From IMG/VR virus record IMGVR_UViG_3300021426_000069: DNA of 64,000 nucleotides; one strand, written 5' to 3'. The translations under genes and the position numbers were made by a program. Below the pieces are notes generated by a model, which did no database searches, was not told the DNA's origin, and was given only the letters and a program-made list of their open reading frames with translations. Source of the DNA: an uncultured virus (IMG/VR IMGVR_UViG_3300021426_000069). Its lineage: Duplodnaviria > Heunggongvirae > Uroviricota > Caudoviricetes. This document shows, piece after piece, positions 17,556 to 24,313 of this stretch; the first letter of the stretch is position 1, and the number at the start of each line of letters is the position of its first letter.

Positions 17556-17631
17556 TGGCTCCTCAGGCAGGACTTGAACCTGCGACCTGATGGTTAACAG
17601 CCATCTGCTCTACCAACTGAGCTACTGAGGA
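17556..17631 (-). tRNA. tRNA-Asn(GUU)
   Basis: Canonical cloverleaf, CCA. Confidence 0.95.
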
Positions 17632-17641
17632 ATTTAACAAA

Positions 17642-17728
17642 TGGTGGGCAGCGAAGGATTCGAACCTTCTCAGCCGTTAGGCAACGGATTTACAGTCCGC
17701 TCCGACTCTCCCACTTCGGCGCCTGCCC
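17642..17728 (-). tRNA. tRNA-Tyr(GUA)
   Basis: Cloverleaf with variable arm, CCA. Confidence 0.93.
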
Positions 17729-17736
17729 ATATATAA

Positions 17737-17943
17737 TTATTTTGTTAATTTCTTGACTGGCTGCTTTTGTTCTGTTTTATATCCAAATTCTGTTAACAAC
17801 TCTTCAAATGTTTTCATCTTATTATCTGGAACATAAATTCTACAAGCTAATTCATATGCTACCATATTTATCATACTTTGTTCTTTTGTTTCGCATAAGA
17901 TATGAATGAGTGTTACAGTTGGAATGGTTTTTATGTTATCCAT
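17737..17943 (-). CDS. hypothetical protein
   Basis: AGGAGGT RBS, 68 aa. Confidence 0.7.
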   Translation of the reverse strand: MDNIKTIPTVTLIHILCETKEQSMINMVAYELACRIYVPDNKMKTFEELLTEFGYKTEQKQPVKKLTK

Positions 17944-17967
17944 ACCTTATTTACCTCCTAATAAAAA

Positions 17968-18044
17968 TGGTCGGGGCGACACGATTTGAACATGCGACCT
18001 CTTGGTCCCAAACCAAGCGTTCTACCAAACTGAACTACGCCCCG
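17968..18044 (-). tRNA. tRNA-Pro(UGG)
   Basis: Canonical cloverleaf, CCA. Confidence 0.93.
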
Positions 18045-18053
18045 ATAAGAAAC

Positions 18054-18115
18054 AAGACAGGTTATGTTTAGTATTCCTAGCAAACTAAAGTATATATACT
18101 TTGCTGACCTGTCTT
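18054..18115 (-). ncRNA. 62-nt RNA, terminal stem + CAGCAA motif (copy 2)
   Basis: AAGACAGGU/ACCUGUCUU stem followed by CAGCAAA; between tRNA-Leu and tRNA-Pro. Confidence 0.6.
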
Positions 18116-18147
18116 TTTATATATGAAAAACAATTTGAATACTTAAT

Positions 18148-18235
18148 TGGTGGGAGCGGAGGGACTCGAACCCTCACGGGATTAACTCCCAACGGATTTT
18201 AAGTCCGTTGCGTCTACCTATTCCGCCACGCTCCC
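18148..18235 (-). tRNA. tRNA-Leu(UAA)
   Basis: Cloverleaf with variable arm, CCA. Confidence 0.95.
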
Positions 18236-18278
18236 AAATGGTGCCGGCTGTAGGACTTGAACCCACAACCTACTGATT

Positions 18279-18597
18279 CATTACTACATTGATTTCTCAT
18301 TGTAGTCTGGACTTTCTCTTCTCCATATCTTTTAACTTAGGAGTTCCGTATAAAGTCTCTACACTCGAAGAATTAATCTTCTAGCTCGGGATTGTCATAA
18401 AGAGAATATTTTTTTCTATCTTTTCTACCCAAAGTTTATGTTGATAATCAGCTTGACACTTATTATTACAATATTTTCTAGTTTTTAAGATTTCTTTTCC
18501 ACAATTAAGACAGTTCATAACTAATCTTCTCTCCTTAGATTTCCCCGAATTAGCGGAATTTTTCAATACAAGTTTCCTTGTAAAGTTGCAATTTTTT
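18279..18597 (-). mobile_element. group I intron (319 nt) in tRNA-Thr anticodon loop
   Basis: 5' exon ends in U, intron ends in G; core P AAUUCGGGGAA, Q AAUCCCGAGC, R GUAGAGACUUUA, S AAGAGAAAGUCC. Confidence 0.9.
18381..18518 (-). pseudogene. truncated intron-encoded homing endonuclease (zinc-finger remnant, 45 aa)
   Basis: AAGGAG RBS, MNCLNCGK...KYCNNKCQ; no nuclease domain follows. Confidence 0.65.
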
Positions 18598-18751
18598 ACA
18601 AGTCAGTTGCTCTACCATTTGAGCTAAGCCGGCATAAAGTGGAGAACTTGCCTAATTTATATTGCGGTATTCAGCCTTCTCCATCCCTGGTCCCGCTAAC
18701 ATCAATAGATTTCTCTATGATAGGACTTATCTACCTCTAGGGCAGTAAGTA

Positions 18752-19087
18752 TTAGTCAATAGTATCATATAAAGATTTTAATTGACCATCTGTATATTCT
18801 AGGGCTTTAGAATATGAGTCTATTTCTTTATTGCATCTAGTAGCAAAGTTAATCCAACTACTTTCATTATATGCTAATGTTTTTTCATATTCTCTCTTGA
18901 AGAACTTATACATTTTCTTTTGTGCTTTTAGTAATGCTATTTCATATCCTAATTTTTCATCAAAAGTGTCTTCTTCCATACACCAACTTTGCCCTTTGAA
19001 CTTATGACCAAATTCATCGAATAAGAATACGATAACTGTTCTTTTTTCTTCATTTTTGTAAACTTTTTCATTTACTACTTTAACCAT
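18752..19087 (-). CDS. hypothetical phage protein
   Basis: G.S.C..ED.FDE..G..IA motif, also seen in weaker form in 31426..31836. Confidence 0.7.
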   Translation of the reverse strand: MVKVVNEKVYKNEEKRTVIVFLFDEFGHKFKGQSWCMEEDTFDEKLGYEIALLKAQKKMYKFFKREYEKTLAYNESSWINFATRCNKEIDSYSKALEYTDGQLKSLYDTID

Positions 19088-19104
19088 AAACTAAAGTCCT
19101 TTCA

Positions 19105-19855
19105 TTCAAAGTTTGTAGGTCTGGGCTACCTACTTGGGATTTTTCAGTGTTAATACCACGGGACTCCTACACTCTCATACGAGAGAAACCTCCGCCCATT
19201 ATTAACTGGGAACCTCCATCGAGGAAAGCAGTCCTTTTACCCCTTTTTATTCTCACAGCTATCGATGAAAGCCATTTCCTAGTCGTTCCTAAGGATGTCA
19301 GCACTTCGGACCATCTTTCATTATTATAGGATCTATTGTTAGGCTGTGGTGAGCTTTTATCTCGAACACTCTCACTAACGATTTGTGCTTTAATTAGCAC
19401 TATTCTAACGATATAACTAGTATGACCTTTAATGGCGGGCAGGGTAGGTAAAACTCGAGTCCCTGCTCTAGGGTATATCATTAGAATACTACTAATTAAA
19501 GATAGTGGATTGCCCTTTCCTGTGCTTGAGTGTAAAGGGTTAGTTGTCTCCGGGGTATTCAAGGCACCCCCAGCCTACACATCCACTCTGTGCTTTTGAC
19601 AATAGTCAACACTAATTAAAGTAACTCCCTAGGCGTTCTTTAATCATAAGGTTTCATTTCCTCTCGCAAGAGGTTTATAAAGATTTAATAAGTTTTTACT
19701 ATTCCTTCAGTTCACAGTTAAGCAATAGCTAAGCGACTGTCTATCTCTTTCACCATAGCGGCGGTGAGGTTCTCTTACGCCCAAATCCTCACTAAACGGT
19801 GTGGTCTATTTGCCAGAAAAACTTTAACTTGGCGTGCGTGACACAGCCCGCACAT
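19105..19855 (-). ncRNA. large (~750 nt) highly structured non-coding RNA, family unknown
   Basis: Own promoter (19928-19956); many helices including UAUUCUAAUGAUAUA/UAUAUCGUUAGAAUA, AGUGGAU/AUCCACU, GUGAGG/CCUCAC, UAGGCUG/CAGCCUA. Confidence 0.7.
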
Positions 19856-20124
19856 TTTTTCTTATTCTATTTTCTATTTCCTAAATCTATATGAATAAAA
19901 ATTATTATCTTTTCAATTTACATATATATTATATAATAATTTTTAATAAAAATCAACATAAGGGTTTGATTCCCATTAGATAATGATAAATCAAACCGAA
20001 GATATATATAAACGGGCGCAATGCCCAGTTAAAAAGGAAATATTCTATTTTTTTAGTCCTGATGACAAAGCGAAAACAGAATAAGAAAACTTTAATCTAT
20101 ATATACTTGATATATCTTACTTAA

Positions 20125-20216
20125 TGGCGGTGGTTGAAGGGCTCGAACCTTCGCGCCGAATAAATCGACCTAAGAGTTTAGCAAACTCTCCTCTTCACCA
20201 ACTTGAGTAAACCACC
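20125..20216 (-). tRNA. tRNA-Ser(GCU)
   Basis: Cloverleaf with long variable arm, CCA. Confidence 0.95.
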
Positions 20217-20285
20217 AAATATAGTGTGCTTACTTTATTTTCAAAAATATTATATCAAAATTATTAAAAATTGTCAAATTTATTA

Positions 20286-20360
20286 TGGGGTAAGATAAGG
20301 GTATCGATCCCCTACCTCCAGTGCCACAAACTAGCGTGCTACCATTACACCAATCTCACC
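20286..20360 (-). tRNA. tRNA-His(GUG) with encoded G-1
   Basis: 8-bp acceptor GGUGAGAU/AUCUUACC + CCA; T loop AUCGAUA. Confidence 0.9.
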
Positions 20361-20363
20361 ATA

Positions 20364-20449
20364 TGGTGTGGGATACAGGACTTGAACCTGTAATGGGTAA
20401 CCCCACCAGTTTCTAAGACTGGCGCCTATACCAATTCGGCTAATCCCAC
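20364..20449 (-). tRNA. tRNA-Leu(UAG)
   Basis: Cloverleaf with variable arm, CCA. Confidence 0.93.
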
Positions 20450-20670
20450 AAAAATGTTAGCCCATATTTGGATACTATCCCCAGTTGTTCCTCAGCCCTG
20501 CTGCTCCTTGGGTTTACGATATTTTAACACGTTACGCTTTATTTTTCTACCAAGTCAATCGCCCATCCTACCTGTGGTCTCTAATTGGAACATATGTCTA
20601 ACTCATACGGTACTCTAGTCGGGTAGGTCCCGATCCGTATGCTATATATCATTAAAATTATTATCTAAAA

Positions 20671-20746
20671 TGGTGGCTCCGGTGAGGTTCGAACTCACGA
20701 CCCTTTGATTAAAAGTCAAATGCTCTACCTGCTGAGCTACGGAACC
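20671..20746 (-). tRNA. tRNA-Lys(UUU)
   Basis: Canonical cloverleaf, CCA. Confidence 0.95.
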
Positions 20747-20747
20747 A

Positions 20748-21192
20748 TGGTGGACCTGACGGGATTCGAACCCGTGTCCAAAAACCAATTACTAATTAGA
20801 AATCTCATTCTTACGTTACAAGTTTTACCATACATCTATATGGGTCAAGGTGACGATTCGATCCCTATCTCATTATGTTCACCTACGTTCAGAGAGGGCT
20901 TCTATATTAAAAGTAATTCACAATAGTCAATCATATAGAAGAAGAATTGAACTATGCGGCAATCTTTGCTCGTTAATACGACTATGCTTTTTCTGATTGC
21001 TCTCTGATACTAACATAGAAGTTTCTTAGTCTTACGCAAAGGCTACGCAATTGAATGCGAATAAAGATTTAACTTTATTAGAAATTTTTGTAAATAAGTT
21101 TCCATTTATTTTTATTTGTTTGCCTTTTAACTAACTGCCTAGTACTTGTATTCTAACTTTTCATCAATTCCTGTCGAAACCTAAACAAGCCC
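20748..21192 (-). ncRNA. ssrA: tmRNA (445 nt); tag (A)GNLFTKISNKVKSLFAFNCVAFA*
   Basis: 5' GGGCUUGUUUAGGUUUCGAC, 3' GACACGGGUUCGAAUCCCGUCAGGUCCACCA, G3-U pair; tag ORF 21103-21032 after AUAAAU. Confidence 0.93.
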
Positions 21193-21275
21193 GTATAAGA
21201 AAAGCAATTTTGCTATTATTCCAAAATTGCTTTCGTTAAGGTGGTGATCTCCATGAAAGGATTACTATTTTGGGG

Positions 21276-21385
21276 ATTTAGTCCCCTCTAAGGAATGTTT
21301 TAACAAGATGCTTATAACAAAAACAATCAATATACATATTATAATAAAACTTTTATCCTGCAACATTCCTTAGAGCGGACTAAAT
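21276..21385. repeat. 24-bp inverted repeat (1 mismatch) around a 62-nt AT-rich loop
   Basis: 21276-21299 vs 21362-21385. Confidence 0.8.
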
Positions 21386-21419
21386 AGTCCAGCTCATTTA
21401 TAGGAAGGTTATGATATAA

Positions 21420-21488
21420 AGCCGTAAATTGGATTTGAACCAATATTGCTAATATTTCTATTAGTGTTTTCCATTAAACTATTACGAC
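21420..21488 (-). ncRNA. tRNA-like RNA with GAAA tetraloop replacing the anticodon loop
   Basis: Acceptor GUCGUAA/UUACGGC, D arm GUUU/AAAC, CUAAUA-GAAA-UAUUAG, T arm AUUGG-UUCAAAU-CCAAU; no CCA. Confidence 0.7.
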
Positions 21489-21492
21489 ATAA

Positions 21493-21569
21493 TGGTAGCG
21501 GCAGTAGGATTCGAACCTACGACCTATCGGGTATGAACCGATTGCTCTAGCCAACTGAGCTATACCGCT
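21493..21569 (-). tRNA. tRNA-Met(CAU), elongator-type
   Basis: Canonical cloverleaf, loop UU-CAU-AC, paired 1-72. Confidence 0.9.
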
Positions 21570-21572
21570 ATA

Positions 21573-21651
21573 TGGTTGCGGTGGGTTGGATTTGAACCAA
21601 CGACCTCTAGGTTATGAGCCTAGCGAGCTGACCAGACTGCTCCACCCCGCG
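21573..21651 (-). tRNA. initiator tRNA-fMet(CAU)
   Basis: C1-A72 mismatch, CGCGGGGUGGAGCAG start; AGG/CCU anticodon stem; one bulged A in acceptor stem. Confidence 0.88.
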
Positions 21652-21782
21652 ATATATAAATATGAATTCAAACGAATTCGACGTCCCACCTCACACCCAT
21701 CAATATAAAATTGACACTAACCATAGAATAAGTTTTAACTTTTTCTATATATATTATATAATAATTTTTTTAAAAAATCAAA

Positions 21783-21959
21783 TTATTTCACTTTTTCCCA
21801 AGTACACTTAAATGCTTTGCCTTTATTTATCATAGCATAAGCAATAAACATTTGTATTTTCCAATTATCCATTCTAGACTTGATAGATTTACTAGCTTCG
21901 TCTATTGTGTTGAAATAATTAACTTCTTTTGTTTCTGTATTTACACTTTTTATTCTCAT
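21783..21959 (-). CDS. small NUMOD1/HTH-like protein
   Basis: F.TIDEASK pattern; GAGGT RBS before ATG 21959. Confidence 0.55.
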   Translation of the reverse strand: MRIKSVNTETKEVNYFNTIDEASKSIKSRMDNWKIQMFIAYAMINKGKAFKCTWEKVK

Positions 21960-21986
21960 AATATTACCTCTTTTCTTCAAATATTA

Positions 21987-22062
21987 TGGTGGTCGGGGCA
22001 GGGATTGAACCTGCGACACCGGGATTTTCAGTCCCGTGCTCTACCAACTGAGCTACCCGACC
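21987..22062 (-). tRNA. tRNA-Phe(GAA)
   Basis: Canonical cloverleaf, CCA. Confidence 0.95.
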
Positions 22063-22067
22063 AGGTT

Positions 22068-22157
22068 TGGCAGAAGGTTGGATTCGAACCAACAACTCAC
22101 GTGTCCTGGTTGTTAAGATTGCGTACGCCCACACTCTTCCAATTGAGTTACTTCTGC
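22068..22157 (-). ncRNA. tRNA-like RNA with intact acceptor, D and T arms but no canonical anticodon arm
   Basis: GCAGAAG/CUUCUGC, ACUC/GAGU, GUUGG-UUCGAAU-CCAAC; ~38-nt irregular central region. Confidence 0.7.
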
Positions 22158-22160
22158 ATA

Positions 22161-22237
22161 TGGTGCGGGTGGGAGGATTCGAACCTCCGACATCACGCGT
22201 ATCAGACGTGCACTCTAACCAACTGAGTTACACCCGC
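22161..22237 (-). tRNA. tRNA-Ile(GAU)
   Basis: Canonical cloverleaf, CCA. Confidence 0.95.
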
Positions 22238-22246
22238 ATGAAAAGA

Positions 22247-22477
22247 TTAAGCAGCTTTGCTTTCATCTTTCTTATTTCTGCGACCACTTCCTGCTGGGTG
22301 TTCCTTAGCAAAAGCTGCAGCCGCCTCTATAATTTCTTTGCCTCTGGCAGTAAGATATTTAGATGCCATAGGATTTCTTTTTAATTTCTTATTTGTTTTT
22401 CCTTTTTTATCTAGGTTAGCTTGAGTAATAATATAATGTCCTTCTCCGCTACCTGATTTACCTTTTCTTTTTGCCAT
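22247..22477 (-). CDS. small, highly basic protein
   Basis: Own promoter, AGGGAG RBS, K/R-rich. Confidence 0.7.
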   Translation of the reverse strand: MAKRKGKSGSGEGHYIITQANLDKKGKTNKKLKRNPMASKYLTARGKEIIEAAAAFAKEHPAGSGRRNKKDESKAA

Positions 22478-22854
22478 ATACGAATACTCCCTTTCTTTTT
22501 TATTTACATATATATTATATTAAAATTTTTAATTAAAATCAATAAAGAAAATCAGATTTCGTATAACAAGCTTCTTATGGTAGTATCAAAATCTTTGATA
22601 TGTTTTTATAATCGCTTGCCCCATCCTTTTCTTATTTTTAATTCCATAAAATATGTAAATTTTCTTCATCATAGGCGGTTACCCTATGCTTTTTGTAACA
22701 ATAGCATTACTTAAAAATACTAAGAGGAGCCCGTCAATGAGGAACGTTTTCCCCGTTTAAGTCAAAGACTAACATATCTTAAATAGTTCTAATGAACAAA
22801 TAGACCTTTCTATCTTGTCAGTCCATTTACAGTGATTAAACTTCCTTAAAACTC

Positions 22855-22906
22855 AAGATACAGAGTCACAAAATTGATTAGATACCTTTTTCGCTGTTTG
22901 TATCTT
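22855..22906 (-). ncRNA. 52-nt RNA, terminal stem + CAGCGAA motif (copy 3)
   Basis: AAGAUACA/UGUAUCUU stem followed by AACAGCGAAA. Confidence 0.5.
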
Positions 22907-23044
22907 TAGGGTTAAAAAGAATGTTACTAAATCTGATTGTGAAAAGATTGTTGGTTCTCACTAGGGGTTCTCTTTTCACTACTACCTAGTTTGAGTTTAA
23001 AATCATAGTCTCCGGAGAGACTGTTTGCAGTATCGCCCCGTTTT

Positions 23045-23096
23045 AAAGAGATTAGTAAAAACGCCAACGCCGCGGGAAGGCTCTCTTTATGTTGGC
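23045..23096 (-). ncRNA. minimal HDV-like (theta-type) self-cleaving ribozyme
   Basis: P1 GCCAAC/GUUGGC, P2 AAAGAGA/UCUCUUU, P3 GCC/GGC, L3 UUCCCGC, J4/2 CUAA; G1 lies 1 nt after the tRNA-Cys CCA. Confidence 0.85.
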
Positions 23097-23097
23097 A

Positions 23098-23172
23098 TGG
23101 AGCACCCTGCTGGATTTGAACCAGCGATCACGGAGTTGCAGTCCGTTGCCTTACCAACTTGGCTAAGGGTGC
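23098..23172 (-). tRNA. tRNA-Cys(GCA)
   Basis: Canonical cloverleaf, U73, CCA. Confidence 0.95.
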
Positions 23173-23222
23173 AATGACGCTTGTGCATCAAAGATAAAAA
23201 ACAATATGTTTATTTTATTTTA

Positions 23223-23621
23223 TTATAGAATTTCTATTGTATCTTTAGTTGGTTTTTCAGGTTTTTTTGTTGGAATAATAATGTATAGTAACCCATTTCT
23301 CATACTAGATTTGATGTTAGAAAGGTCTAACCCCTCTTCATTTAATGCAAATCTTGAACTGACTGAGTATTCTCTTTTTGTTAGGCTATCTTTTGTTTTA
23401 CCTTCTATTGCAATATAAGTCGTTCCATTTTCCTTCTCTTTTGTTACTTTCAAATCTTCCTTGTTAATACCTAAAACATTGTGAACAATAATTGTTTTTT
23501 CTTCGTCTGAGGAAATTGAATATGGATGCATATCTTTTTCTCCTCTATTAAATCTGTAATTTTTCTTGTCCCAATCTAATAAAATTGGTGTAAAAATATC
23601 ATCAAAATCAAAATCAAACAT
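23223..23621 (-). CDS. Hsp20/alpha-crystallin small heat-shock protein
   Basis: V.GINKEDLKV...IEG...F.L.....I.SSMRNGLL.IIIP; start adjusted to ATG after AAAGGAG. Confidence 0.85.
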   Translation of the reverse strand: MFDFDFDDIFTPILLDWDKKNYRFNRGEKDMHPYSISSDEEKTIIVHNVLGINKEDLKVTKEKENGTTYIAIEGKTKDSLTKREYSVSSRFALNEEGLDLSNIKSSMRNGLLYIIIPTKKPEKPTKDTIEIL

Positions 23622-24010
23622 ACTAAAATCTCCTTTCGTAAAAAACAACTTTGACGCACAAACATAATTTATATGGAAAAGGTTCTTTACCTTTTTCATA
23701 CTTATATTATATCATTATTTTTTACAAAAGTCAAACTTTACTCTGTAACAAGAGTGCACTCAACTACAATAAATCTGTTTTTTAAATATTGTAAATAAGG
23801 TAGGTGCGTTACTGTAGCAAGGTGTTTTCTACCCTCGTCATCAATATACATTACTCTATAATAAGGTGGTTTAATAACCTCAGTTTCGTCATCATAATAA
23901 TCTTTGTTTTCCATATATAATTCCTCCTTTATTTACATTATTATTATATAATATTTTTTCAAAAAAATCAAATTAAAAATAGGCGGAAATGCCGCCTACT
24001 TTTATTAAAA

Positions 24011-24313
24011 TTATAAGTTTAACATTTGCATTAATTTTTGCACATTGTCTTTTTCTTCTTGCGTAGGTTCTACAAATGTTTTTTCACTTGCGGGAATGCC
24101 TGCGGCAGCTGGAGTTACTTCTCCTGGAATCGCGTTCTCTCCATTAGGTTCTACATTTATTTTTGCACAAGTTAAAACACATTTTAATTGAATTTGATTT
24201 CCATCTTCTTCCATAGGAATTCTAATTTCTTTTTCATATTGGAAACTTCCTTCAAAAGTTTCAAGTATTTTCTTTGCTACTATTTCTTTACTTATACTTC
24301 CTTTTAAAGCCAT
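24011..24313 (-). CDS. hypothetical protein
   Basis: GAGGAGG RBS, translationally coupled to upstream gene. Confidence 0.75.
   Translation of the reverse strand: MALKGSISKEIVAKKILETFEGSFQYEKEIRIPMEEDGNQIQLKCVLTCAKINVEPNGENAIPGEVTPAAAGIPASEKTFVEPTQEEKDNVQKLMQMLNL

Larger units (their letters stand above)
18239..18633 (-). tRNA. tRNA-Thr(UGU), intron-containing (exons 18598-18633 and 18239-18278)
   Basis: Joined exons give a canonical tRNA with anticodon loop CU-UGU-AA and CCA. Confidence 0.92.

Noticed and set aside
19105..19855. Group II intron (RNA begins GUGCG)
   Set aside because: No recognisable domain V catalytic hairpin and no interrupted gene.
20059..20075. CTGATGA...GAAA hammerhead-like core on plus strand
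   Set aside because: Stem II closing bases are C/C, no stem I, and it is antisense to local transcription; a plain hairpin on the minus strand explains the region.
21302..21370. Possible fourth CAGC-stem RNA (AACAAGATGC...), similarly near 23747
   Set aside because: Neither has the complementary arm or the CAGC motif.
13235..22384. Track ORFs overlapping RNA genes (13235..13456, 14685..15144, 19147..19562, 20705..20926, 21852..22384)
   Set aside because: Lie on tRNA, tmRNA or structured RNA, lack RBS, atypical composition.
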